Below are positions 1 through 13,314 of a DNA stretch of 64,000 bases, in pieces. A program made the position numbers and the translations under genes. Every line of letters starts with the position of its first letter. Positions within the stretch are counted from its first letter, which is position 1. A model generated the notes under the pieces. It was not told the origin of the DNA. It saw only the letters and a program-made list of their open reading frames with translations, and did no database searches. Source of the stretch: Microbotryum violaceum (lineage: Eukaryota); NCBI GenBank assembly GCA_001244265.2, contig CDLV01000006.1, forward strand, positions 2,108,001 to 2,172,000, in the 5' to 3' direction.

Positions 1-8
1 ATACACTG

Positions 9-1233
9 TTGAGTACGCCCACGTGGGCCTCGGTCGAGCCTTCGCCCGCGACTCTATCTACCTCGACGACAACGGGTCAGAAACGACGGAGATCAGAAGG
101 GCAGTCGTCAAAGAGCCGGAGCATCGAGAAGGCCAAACTGGTAGAACTCTTCATCCCTCCCTTCTCCGTCGTCGATCTGAGGAAAGCCTACGTCCGACCC
201 CCTTTGGTCGACGTACATTCCAACGCGGTCTATGAAGCCGTCTCGGCGATCCGATCAGCAGCACAAGCCAACGAGGCCGAATGGGGTCATCCGACACTCT
301 TTCTCGGTCGGATCATCTACGATCCGACGCTCAACGCCGCTGAGATGATCGACGGACAACTCCTGCGGCGCAATATCGGTGGTCGTCTCGAAGTGGTCGT
401 TGCAACAGGCTACCTCGCACCTTGTATGACAGAAGGGGAGTCAACGTGCCGATTCGAAGTAGGTAACCCTCTCGAGTACGATGGCCACGCCCTGCCCGGC
501 ACGAACGCTCTCGAAACCCAGGCTCTGCCGACGTGCATTTGGGACTTGGACGCGGTACGGAAGCGATGCGTATGGGGAACAGACGTTTACACCGACGACT
601 CGGACGTGGTCGCCATTTCGCTGCATTCGGGGTGGTTGCGGCTGTCGGACTCGAGCTCGCCCAAAGCCGGCGACCCTACGGCGGCTCAAGAGGCGTTGCT
701 GAGAGCCCGGACACCCTTGTTGGAACGCGCGAAGTCTTATGCTTGCAAGAAGGGGCGGTCTTTGATCGTCAAGCTCGTCGTCGCACCGGCGTTGGTCCGA
801 TACGAGGGGTCTCCTCGGCAGGGCATCAAAAGTCGGTCGTGGGGCAATGGCCACGATGGCGTCAGTTTCATCATTGAAGGGATCGAAGTCTGCGATGTGA
901 GTTTTGGTGATCTCGTCTGAATGTGGCGCGCGAGAAGTGTGTTCTGACTTCCCTCGAACTTCATCACAGTCCGACGTAGCTGCAAAGGGACACCGCTTCG
1001 TCAAACGTAGCGTTCGCGAGAGCGCAATCGAACTGGCGCAATCCTTCTCATCAACCAAACAGCGAAACCAGAATGGAGACCCTCAGTCTGCAGGGGAAGA
1101 AGGCAACGATTTGGCCTTTGAGACTTTTGTCATTGGGTTTGATCGTCGATCGTCTCGATTCTTGAGCGACTTGACGAACGGCACGGAAAGTTCGTCGGCG
1201 ACGAGTGGGGGAAAAGCTATGGAGACGGACTGA
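9..1233 (+). CDS. RXT3: Rxt3-like subunit of the Rpd3L histone deacetylase complex (5' end outside the window; one intron ~897-969)
   Basis: Motifs VWGTDVYTDDSDVVA..HSGW and YEGSPRQGIKSRSWG..HDGVSF are typical of the Rxt3 domain. Donor GTGAGT at 897 and acceptor CAG at 967-969 join into the 904..1233 frame. Confidence 0.85.
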
Positions 1234-1762
1234 AAGATGGGTGAGAGGGAGTGAAGTAGTAGCAGGTAGTACACATATTGGATGTCTAGATCAGGTGCTG
1301 TATAGGCCGTGTGCCGGACACAAGCTAAGCGTGTGGGCACTCGGCAATAACCTGTGCGGTAACGCCTCGACCGGCGAGATTTGTTTGTCTCCGTCGATTT
1401 AGCATGCTCGCTGAGTGCATGGACACTGCGATGTACATGTCTCAAACTCACCTCACCGGAAAGCACGGAAGCGGAGCCGGAACCTGGAACTCGATTCGCA
1501 AGTGGGGCATCACTTGGCTCCCGATGTGCATGCCCACTAGGGCAAGCCCCCTCCAAGAAACTCGTAAAGGTCAACGGTCAACAGGTCAACAGGTCGAATT
1601 ATCCCTCCTTCCACAGACTCGTTCTTCACTCCACGATCGATTGACTATCGTATTTTCACCACTCGTTCGACACGTAAGTCGCTAGTCTGTCCATCGGAGT
1701 CGCTCGGCGCGGCTCGTTACGTATCGCCCCACTTGCAGTTGAGGCTCTGCGCGAGCCCACTC

Positions 1763-3407
1763 TAAGCTCAACTAAGGCCTCCCTCTGGGAGGGGCTTACG
1801 AGTTATCGGCGCGCTTGGCCCAGTTGCCCTCCGAAATTTCAGGGCTATTGTGGGGTGGTTCTCTGTAACTTGGCAAGTAGGCGCATTCATGCAAAAGTGA
1901 GGGATACTTTTTTTTATGCTCTAAAAATGACATACCTAAAGTGGCGAGAGCTTTCATAAGCTGTGGGTAGAGCTGCAGCGATCCGAAGTCTGCGATTTCG
2001 GTCGATCGGGCCTCAGATGGTCCGAGCGCATCGTCTAATTGGCGCTCTCATTATCGGCGAGCCTGCTCCGTTCGGCTTGACCCCTTTGAGTACGCTTCGC
2101 TGCTCTCCTCTTTTCACGATGATCCGTCGGCCACGTCAAGCGCGACAATATCTAAAACCAAAAATGACCCGAATAAGCAGACGCCGTACCTCATCAACTC
2201 GCCAGAACAACCGCCGCGAGGCGGATCTATTCGCTGAATTTCGTAGCCGCGATCTCTCGCTATGTCAATACCTGTCGTGGTACTTCAGCCCATCCACACG
2301 ATTTGAAGGCGTTCAAACACACCGACCAAAGCTGTTCAACAGCAACTAGCCCAGCCTCAAGCGTGGGCTTGATCTCATTCTACGACTTGCACGCGAGGAT
2401 GGCGCAGACTCAAGAAGCCAAATCAATGACTGCCATCGCCGAGCAGGTGGGCAGCACTTCGTACTTCTCGGATTGATTCTCCGGATTCAATAAAGCTACT
2501 GAATACTTGCCTTGTCCGTGTGCAGGCCGACTCAATCATCATTCAAGCCCAGTCGGTAGAAAAACTCACCTGATCATTGCTTAGTGCATTCAGTGGACTG
2601 ACAACACTGGTGACGGCCCAGCGTCCATAAATGAGATACATTGCTTCGAAAACAACACTTTGCCTGAACCTGTTGGCGCTGTGACAAACACAGCGTCATA
2701 TCGATCCCGGTTCCCGAATTGATCGAGTTCGAAAAGTGCAGCAATGGCCTCCATCTGCACAGGCCGGGGGTAGACTCCTCGTCAAAACTTTCGCCCAGAA
2801 TAACTTTGATCTTCTTGCGTAATTCGCTGGAATCTCGTCAGTCCTCCTGAGTCAAACGTGGCCTCCAGTGACCGAGAACGGTTGTCGGTTTGGCTGAATG
2901 ATTCGGTGCTGGGGTCGTAGGACTGGCCCTTGAAGCTGATCGCAAGGGAGACGCCCTGAACTCAAATGATGGATGTCGACGGAACGGTCCCCTAGCCGGC
3001 CTGGGTGTTTGTACCGACATGGCTCATCATGAGAGAAGGTGCGATGTTGAGGGAGGAGAGAGAGGATGCGTGAGGCGCGGCCGGGCTTAAGTGACCTGGA
3101 TCTAGTATGCAGCCTTCGACGCGGACTGGACTACGATTGGTCCGTGCGCCTACCTGCGTCTCGTTTTAAATTAGTTGATTCAAGCTGCTGTAGCGAGATG
3201 AATAAGCGTTCCTAGACTTCAAGCTTCGGTGAAGCCTCATCAATAATAATTAAATAAAGACCTATCCCTCCAGTTTTTAGATAGCACCAATATATGCCAT
3301 GCTACAGCAAGGGGGCACTTTTCAGGGCCAAAATTTTGGAGGGCAATTGGGCCAAACGCGCCGATTACTCACAAGCCCCTCCCAGAGGGAGGGCTTAGTT
3401 GAGCTTA
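1763..3407. mobile_element. Non-autonomous TIR DNA transposon (~1.65 kb) with long TIRs and a 9-bp TSD (Mutator-like by TSD length)
   Basis: TAAGCTCAACTAAGGCCTCCCTCTGGGAGGGGCTT...GCCCTCC at 1763-~1838 is the near-perfect reverse complement of ~3330-3407. Flanks are AGCCCACTC (1754-1762) and AGTCCACTC (3408-3416). No intact transposase inside. Confidence 0.85.
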
Positions 3408-3529
3408 AGTCCACTCGGGACCGTGATCATTGTTCTATGAGGGCCAGCTAGCCAAGGCCTTCCCTTCAGCGCTATGTCCCTTCCTGCCCATTCATTCTCT
3501 GGCTTAAAAAGGTTGCTTACTGTTGCAGG

Positions 3530-4447
<918 letters not shown>

Positions 4448-5975
4448 AAGACATCATGGAAAAAATCAAGGCTTTCATCTAATCGCGCGTCACCAATCCG
4501 ACCGTCGACCTCCTCGAGAAACGTTGACCGCTTAGAAGGAGGCATCGCGGCGAGTTGGACTAGTTCAGGAAGCTCGGCAATTTTGACCCTCACTTCGTCC
4601 TTGTGCAGGACGGGGGACAAGGTTGTGTTGCCTTACAAGCTCTACGGCGGGAAGAATCATGCGTTCAAGAATTGGTACCCACGATTGGGCATCAAAGGCG
4701 GGATACATCAGATACTTGAATCATAGGTATATTTTCTGACCTTCGACTCCTCTCACTGCAAAATTTCGTCTACTACAGGGGTGTTCGTCGACTCAGTAGA
4801 CCCTAAGGACTTCGAAGCCGAAATCAAAGACAACAGTAAGTCTCAATTGTTTCTTGTAGCTTCGTTCGCAACGCTCGATGTTTTAACTATGTTCAGCGAA
4901 ATTCATCTTGATCGAAGCCGTGTCGAACCCCGCCTTGGAAGTTCTTGACATACTCAAATTCGCAGAGTTGGCTTAGAAGCATGAAATCCCTCTCGTGGTC
5001 AATGTGAGTCTTACATGCGCTGATCTGCTCTTGCCTCGTGCCCCCATGGTGGTGCGATCGTGAACTCGGGCAGGTTCAGCCTCACCTGAAAGAAATGGAC
5101 CGAATTCGATGTCCCTCTGCCCGATTACGGTCCTTTGATCTTGTCCCACTGAGTGATATGCCGGAAAATTTGGCTTTTGCTGAACTGATTCTGGGTGGAG
5201 CCTTTACAGCCTGCGGGCCAATGGCTGTGAGTTGGCTCGCCATCGTGCGCCAGAGTTGAAGCGTTCGCTCAGAGACGGCTCGTTAGTGCTGTGTGTGCCT
5301 ACTAGCTTGTGGTCAAGGTGCGTGTGGAGACCGTGAGTCTGGTCGTGTTTGAGGCCTAATAATATGGTGAACCCGATGGTGTATATTGCCCTTGGCAGAT
5401 ACGAGAATCGGGGGCTTGTCTCTCCCTCTTTGCTGCTTGGCCCTGGGTGTCCGCATGGAACGCCACACCAGGAATGCTCTTGCTCTCACGTAGTTGCTCC
5501 AACAGCAGGACGCGGTCGAATCGGTACCCCAGACAGCTCTTTCTCATTACCCGACCTACAAAGTCGCTCAACTTCTCATGCCCAAGGGCTCTGGCGGTAT
5601 GGTCTCGTCTGCGATGAAGAATGACTCGAAGGGTGACGTCGGACGAGCCATCGTTGCTGCCTGAAAGGTTGGCTACCATTGCGGTACGTGAGGTTGATTT
5701 ACTGGTTCTCGGGTATCATATCTACGCTCACGTTCCTCACATTTACAGGTAATATGGGAGATGTGCGCACGCTCGTTATCAGCCCAACGTTTTCCATTCA
5801 AAGCCAGTGAGTGGATATCGTCAAAATTCGATCGTCCAGAGGCCCAAGCTGAGCGCCGAACTTCCTTCGCACAAATTTCCGAAAGAGACGTTGATCCAGA
5901 ACGGGTCTCCGGACAATCTTATCCGAGTGAGTGCCGGGTTGAAAGACATCCAATACGTCATGCACGGTAGGTCAC
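4448..5975 (+). pseudogene. MET17: O-acetylhomoserine sulfhydrylase / Cys-Met metabolism PLP enzyme (MET17-like) pseudogene; 5' exon remnants probably at ~1650-1762 and 3417-3470
   Basis: Fragments FI*SRVTNPTVDLLEKR, LEGGIAA..SSGSSA, GDKVV..KLYGG, IEAVSNPALEVLDI..FAELA*KHEIPLVV, RMERHTRNALAL and LIRVSAGLKDI, with several stops and frameshifts. Confidence 0.8.
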
Positions 5976-6299
5976 ACGGTATGAATTTCGTCGCACCTCT
6001 GAAGCTGAGTGAGTCTCTGTCCCTCTTGCGGTGGCAGACTTTGCACAAGCCATAGAAAGCGTGCTCGCTCAGAAATCTTCAAAGCTGGCGTCCCTGCGTT
6101 CATATGTTCCATTTGTTAATGTGGGATCCGAGCAAATGTAAAGTCACCGATGATTGTACCAAGAGCGTGAGATTACAATCAGATGCCCGCAGTTCGAGTA
6201 GCGCAACTGACTCTAGTCGGCGAGCCCCCGTCAAGATGGAAGCGTATACAAGAAAGTGGATAATAAGCTAAGTATGAACGCGCGTTCCCATTGATGTAT

Positions 6300-9200
6300 T
6301 CACTGGAGTATACAGTCAGAGTCACTCGACGTCTTGCTTCTGCTGGGCTGGGCCGACTTAACCCTCCGATGACCCAGTCTTCGTAGCGCTGGTTGACCGC
6401 GGGAAGCGTCGGTTCTCTCGACTTGGTCGATAATGATCGGACCTCTTGGCTCGGCGAATGTTGGCACCACGCTCACGTCTTTGAGCGCGTTCGTTACCGT
6501 ATTTCCAGTGTTCGTGGGAATCAAACCCACGAATGACCGCAGTGCTGGAGTCGTCTTCATCGGAGAGAGAGGTGTCGTCGCAGCGAGAGGTAGGCTCGAG
6601 CTTGAGGACATGGCTCCTGCAGTCGGCCGCTTGGAGCACCTGATGAAAGGCAGCTTCTCGCCCAAGTTAAACGCCATCGAAGGGCTTTCCGGGCGGATAA
6701 CGCTGTAGGTTAAGCTTCGTGGACCACGAAGGTTCGAAGCTTGGTAGTCCAGCAAACTGCGTAGATCGCATTCTGGAGCAAACTCAGCGCAGCGGGTGTG
6801 AGCTACGAGTCCGCACTGCGAGCAAAGCACTGCTTGACGCTTCGTTTGTTCATCGCAGAGGCGGCAGTCGATCGCTGCAGTATAAGAAGATCTTATCAGC
6901 GATTAGGGACACGGGATAATCTCGAGTTACTGCTCAGTAAACGTACCTTTGCTGAAGGTGGTCTTGACGAATAAATGCGTTCGAATTGCCACCTCACTGT
7001 GATCGCTTGTGGTGGTGGTCTCTCGATTCTGTTGACGCAGTGATCAATTAGAACCTGCGTGCAGTATCTTCCGGAATTACTGTTCGGCGCTTACAAGTAT
7101 AGAAAGGGGCGTGTCTCCATCGATGAAAGTCGTAGCACGGGGAAATTGAACGAGAGGGATTGATATTTTCTCTCTCTCCGGTGATGGGGCTGGTGGATCG
7201 AATGGCAGGTCTGTTCCGAGGGGAGACGGCGCATGATCCTTCATAGTGTTTCGACGACGAAACGGAATCGAGTCGTAAACTTGCGTGTTCTGGAAGGAGT
7301 TGAGGAGCACTGTGTCAGTCAAACCGACTAAGAAGCTCAATTCCAGAAATCACTGACATGGCTGTCACTACAGTTCTTCTGCAGCCAAATGTGTTCGAGA
7401 AGCTCTTTTGCGGCCGCGCGGTCTGTAGGTTCCTTCGCGAAGCAGAAATGCAGGAAATCGCACAGTTCCGCCGAGCACCGGTCAGGGATAGGTGGGTGCT
7501 CGTCTGTCACGATGTGAAACATTGCGCTCATAGAGTTATGGTCGTAGTAGGGTGGTCTTCCGCAGTCGATGAGCTCGATGACTGTGTGCGCGAGGCGATC
7601 GTGAATGACAAGCTTGCGACGGAGATGATTTGCGCAGCTCACTCACTCGTGCAGCCAAGCGACCAAATGTCCGAAGCGGTCGTAGCACCTCTGAGTTCGA
7701 TCTGAGGGAGAATTCAAGTCTTGATAATCGAAACCCACTGCACGATTTTAGATGTCACCTACCACTTCCGGAGCCACTAGGAAGCAGGATATCACCTTCG
7801 ATCAGTGCAAGGCACGGGTGACGGGTTGACAACCTTACTCACTCCAATTTGGGGTTCCATACGCTTCGTGGTCATCTTTGCGCATGGTCGTCGTGACCAG
7901 ACTCGTTCCGAAGTCCGATAATTTGATGTTGCCGTGTTTGGTACTCAAGATGTTGGCAGCTGGAAGGCGAATGACGTGACGCTTCGAGGTCAGCACAATC
8001 ATCTTCGACCAGGATCCCCTCCACGACTCCCACCTTTCAGATCACAATGCACGACATGCATCGAATGCAGGTATTCGAGCCCCGCGAGAATCTTAACGAC
8101 GTAACTCGCTACAAGCGGCTCGGGTAGCTCCCCAAAGTGCTTGATCGTCTTCTGCAGCGATCCATTCTCGACGTATTCCAGTACGAGGTTCAAATAGTGC
8201 TCGGTCTTCACCAAGCCTTCGTATTTGACGACGCTCGGATGCTCGAGCCGCTGGAGCACTGCAACTTCGCTCGAGAGTTGCTCAATCTCCTCGTCCGTCT
8301 TTCCCGCCAGCGAAATTCGTTTTACCGCGACGACCCGTCCCGAGTTAAGATTCAACGCTCGATACACGCTGCCGAACTGTCCCTTTCCAATACATTCGCC
8401 CAATTGCTGATGAACGGAGGGAGTGTGGTCAGCTTCATCGAGAGTATAGGGCCGCGATAGCAATTCAGCTTACATAAGTCAGGGCAGGACGACCGTTCTC
8501 GCGGAGCACGAGTTTGGTCCGAGCGATGCGCGTCGGTCTGCCGTCTATCGATTCGTCGCTGCTGAAGCGATTCGAGGCGGCTGCAAGATTCCCCTCACTC
8601 GAGAAGGTGCTGCCTCGGCTCCAGTGTGGGTTCAGAGAGTTCCCATCCACCTTTTCCAGTACCACCTCCGATCTCCAGCGCTGGTGTTGACGTGGTCGAA
8701 CCGGCGAGGTATTGCTCGCTTGAGCGCATACGCCTTGAGTTGGTACGGTCAGGGGCTGGAGCTTCGATAATGACACGCCGCGTGGGATACCGACCCGCCC
8801 TCCGAGATGATGAACCGAGGTAATGTTGGGTGCGGAGTGTGAGGAGGAGTCATCGTCTTCTTGTATGCTTTCGTCGATGGAGCTGGCCGAAAGTGAACGG
8901 TACATCGCAAACGATGGTCTCACTGCAGTCGCCTCGTCGAACGAGCGGCGGCCAGGATAAACGGCGCCAGCGAGGACATTTCTGGAAAGCGCCTCCAGGC
9001 TCGACGAAGCGTAGGCCGCATCCGAGCTCAGCCGTTTTGAGGATCTTCGATTGCTGCGAGCATCGGAATGCAGCTGAGGAAGGATGTTTGTTGCGTCGTC
9101 TTCTTCAACAACGCTTAAAAAGTCGACCGCCGATTCTGCCCCACGTCGAAGGCTGTACAGCGGGTGGGGTCCGGGAGTGCCTCGGTCCTTATCGCCACTG

Positions 9201-10307
9201 GCAGCAGAGAGTCGTGGTCGGTCGCTGAACGTGACGGAAGGTCCGCGTGAGTCATTCCTACTCTCGAGCGATGGTTGACTGGCCCTTGTGAAGTCTTCCG
9301 TGAATCGCGAGACCGGAACATCAAGCGAGCTTTTGGGTCCACCAGCACTCGCGCTCGGGGGTGGGATGCTCTTGGGCCTCAGCTGACGACCGCGCGCATT
9401 GATCCCAAAGGCGATGATCGCCGAAGGACTTGTCGAAGCTGTCGAGCTTTGCCACGAGCCGGCCTTAAGTTGATCCACGGGTGAATTGGATCGGAGAGAG
9501 TTAATCTCAGCATCGGAGATCGAGCGTGTGTATCGATAGGCGAGACGATGCCGAGACGCTGCGGTGTCTTGCGGTGCAGCTGTCAGCTTGGCAAGCGCTT
9601 CGGCAACAGCTACATCGCGATGTGCGTCGGCCGAGGTTGCTGGTGACGATTCCGAAATCTCGAGTGAGAAACGCGAGTGCAGTGATGTGCCGGCTAGGGC
9701 TGAGCTCGTAGACGCTTTGGACGAGACGGACGCTTGTGCGCAGCTAGCAGGGGCTTTGATCGGGAACGGGGAGACGGTGACCTCGCAGAGCTGTTGTAAA
9801 GAGGGGTTGAAGAGGGACCGCAGTTCAGGAGATGACCTCGAGAAGCTAGCCGACCGTTGGCGATAGTCGTCGAGCGCTTCTGTTCTATGTGGCAAGTCAC
9901 CGTGCAGATTTTGCCCCTTGGCTTTGACGACGGCTAATCCCCAGGATGCTCACACCCAATCAGCATCGAATTCAGCTCAGCGTAGACCGGATAAGTGGCG
10001 ATAATATCATCCTACCTAAAGCGTCCGATCGATTCCGAATGTTCTCCTTGCCAGACGCGGGTTGATGAGATCGCCGAGTGACTGCTTTACTGGCCCGTGT
10101 TCCCGAGTTCATGGAAGCACGACGAGAGACTCCGTTGAGGGACGACGAGATGCGTGTTGAGACGGCGGAAAGTATTGACAGAGCCCTAGTCTTTTTTGAA
10201 GAGGCTGTCGAAGTTGTCCGCGCCCGGCTAGTGGATTCGTCCGCGCCACTTGATCCCCCCGCAGCGACAGAAACGTCCGGTGTGACCGAAGCTGACCCGA
10301 ACATCAT
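6300..10307 (-). CDS. Cdc15/SepH-like (STE group) Ser/Thr kinase with a long disordered N-terminus and a C-terminal C1-type zinc finger; multi-exon, start codon uncertain
   Basis: Kinase motifs IGKGQFGSVYRALN..VAVK, EYVENGSL, HCDLK/AANIL, DFG, GTPNW, and PPYYD..AMFHIV.DEHPPIP. C-terminal HLFVKTTF..C..C...CSQCGLVAHTRC......C. Stop at 6300-6302. Confidence 0.85.
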
Positions 10308-13300
10308 GCTGGGTATGAGCACGGCAGACACAAGCCTGGAGCCCCTTCGTGGCGCGGGAGTACAGTAATTGGATATTTGGTGAAGAAATAACGAGAACGA
10401 GAATCAGGCAGCGCCGCAATTCATTGACAAGAACACAGATCGACGGGCTTCAAGATGGGCAGAGAAGGCCCCTGCGGGGAGCCGTGCGATCCAGCGCCGT
10501 GCCCGGGGCGTCGTCTGTCAACGCGACACCACGACCTAGAGTTCGAATGCTGGCCTGTGAACTGCAGGATTGGTTGTGATACGCCGAGGTCACCACTTGA
10601 AGGAATGGGTTGGCAAGACACACTGAAAGAGTTTCCTAAGTGTACTGAGTGCACCTATCTCCGGAGTGCGTGATCCGGAGTCGACCGAGTCCTCCGGACG
10701 GTGGCACCGCGCAGTTTGATGACCAGTTGAAGCACGAGTTCCGGTTCTGGGTAGTAGGCGAAAAGAGTCGAGGCAGAAGACTGCCGAATTTGAGTGTGGG
10801 TGAAGAAGAAGGACAAGTAGTACAGCCACACGGCTACTGAAAAGTAGCGTGAAACAGGTCTTGTGACGCGACGTGGGTGGTCCGACGAGTGCGGCCAGGG
10901 ACGAACTTGAAGGAGCGATAGCGGGGGCGACGTTCGTCAAACCTGTCGCCGCCGAAAACCGAGGAGCAATTCGGCACCTTCCAGAAATTGGCGTCTTCAT
11001 TAAAGGCGAACACTGTTACAACAGAAGCAACCATTTGAAAGTCCACCAACCGGACGCACGGGACGCGCGGCGATCATCGATCACGGTTCCGGGTCGCACA
11101 AAAGAAAGTGAACGGCTCCCTCTTGGAATCTCCCGACCGCCGAGACCTTTCAGCACCGGCAGACGCTTGGCCTCAGTGAGTGCACCCAATGGCTCCCTGC
11201 TGCAGCAAATCGAGTGAATGGACCCATGTAAGCTGTGCGATCGGGAATTTAGGTCGTCACAGGACGTTCCCAACCTAGTCGCGTCGCGAGCTGATTTTCC
11301 TATCTGTCGCTGCACCTCGAGCAATAGGCCAAGCCTAATGAATTAATATTGCTAATTTTTTGTTTATTCTGTGTTTAATTCGGGCGATTTTAAAAAGAAC
11401 AGTCTTAGATGGAAAGACGGAAGATTTGAGATTAAAGATATAAGTTAATCCCAATGCATAAAGTTTCCTCGTCTGTAGAATCAATTGTAACGCTTTTTGC
11501 ACTAGCTTGTGTCGGGCAGAAGAGATTCAGACGCAACTCGCCTCAAGAAAAGTACACCAATATATATTCTGACGAGAACGGGTATCGACATTCCAGTACG
11601 GTTAATCCTCGGACTCTGTTCTACCCAAACCATGAGAAAACAAAGAAGAGGACACCAGTCGGAGTCGCTGTGCAACGCGGCCTGATACGTGCACGTGAGA
11701 AAAAAAACAAAAAAAGCAAACACAGCGAACCCACACACATCCGCTCCATCATCCCCATCCTCGAGTCTGACCTGTCCCGCCGCATTGCCAGTTGAAGCAG
11801 CTGTTGACAGCGGGTGACCACGTTAGCAGCAGCTCGCAACTTCACGTCGAGCAGACGGAACTGCTACACATCTCTGTGTGAAGTTCATGGCGCCCATTGG
11901 GTGACCGCCCGGAGCCCCGGTCGGTTTTCGCGCACGGAGTCCACGGGCGAATTCGTGCAATAGGGTTGTGGATCTCAGGCGGGCCAACTTGCTGGAAGCC
12001 GGGCGGGTGCCACGCCGATCGAAGGGCCTGTGCACCGGGAGTCTGTGTGGGCCTCCATGTCGCCTGGGGGTGTGATACCGCACCGACACCATGCAAAAGC
12101 TATGTGGATGCTATAGGGATCAGCCACGGCTCCCGCAACAACCCCATGTAGATCCTGGTGTTAGATACATCACCGTATGCAATCCAGCAGTTCTGTTGGT
12201 ACAGCTATTGTCGAGGAAGTAAAACAATATGAACTGCAATATGCCCTAGAGAACGTCCCTACTCAAGCGTGCTCTGCGAGGCTAAAACCCATCGCTGATC
12301 GGGCCTCGACGACACTGTCGTCCCGCCCACCCCCAGACCCCACGCGCTCTTTACCCTAGTCTGCCTGCACCATCTCCTGTCGGGCGGACGTACGTGGGGC
12401 GCCACGCGAGCTTTAGTGTCGGCGCGGAAGATTTTGCGCAGACCGGAAGAGTGGGTATGCACTCACGAGAACCAGACGTTGAAAGTCGGCGACGGGCTGA
12501 CAAGTCGTAATCACGGTCGTGCACTGTGCTTGAAATGTTGAGTCCATGGTCGAGACCTTGGGTCGGGTCGTCATGGGAGAGGTGTCGGCGTCATAGAACT
12601 GGGACACGACCGTGCGGTAGAGGAAGCTGATCAAGCAGGTGACCCAGCCAGTCAGCGGTATACTTGCTAACGGTAGGAGGCTACGAGGTAGTGGGCCAAG
12701 GGGCGTACATTGAACAGTCAAAAGCCCCGTTGGGGCAGTACCTGGCGTGGTAGAATCGTTGGGCGGCTTTTTTGGCGAGGGTGGTGGCGAAGCCGCTGAG
12801 GTGGAGCCAAAACTCTTGTTGTCCGCGAAGCCCCTCTCCACATCAGTCTGTTCGACGAGGCGCTGCGGATCAATCGAGGCACGAGATGTGTAAGCTCGCA
12901 GGGAGCTACGCAACTCGGCTATGCGGTGACTGACCAGAACAGACAACCATGCTCGTCCGTGTATGTGGTAGGGTTGTCCTTGTACCACGACTGCATTGCT
13001 CGCAGCATGTCGACCTCTTTTCGCTGCACTCGGCCGATCTGATTGTGCAAACGGGTTATGTCCAGCCCCCAAGGTCCCAAAGTCAGTACGATTGCGAGTG
13101 CAAGGTAGAATGCAAGGCGCGTACGAGCTTGTGCAGGTCGGAACGGGCCGTCGCGAGTGCAGTCGAGAAGATCGACAGGGCCTCGGTCTGAAACTCAAGA
13201 TTGGAGTCCCAGATGCCGCGCGTGACCGTGCCAAATCGAAGCAATGCCTCCTGCGAGCGAGCGTGTCTCGTTAGCGGATGTCGACAAGTTGGTCAGAGGG

Positions 13301-13314
13301 ACGCAGAGGAGACC

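Noticed and set aside
11450-13300. Genes in the left part of the TE island (including ORF 12413-13234 and a QCGG, CBM1-like word)
   Set aside because: Coding-like but unassignable; the CBM1 cysteine spacing is absent and no element terminus was found here.
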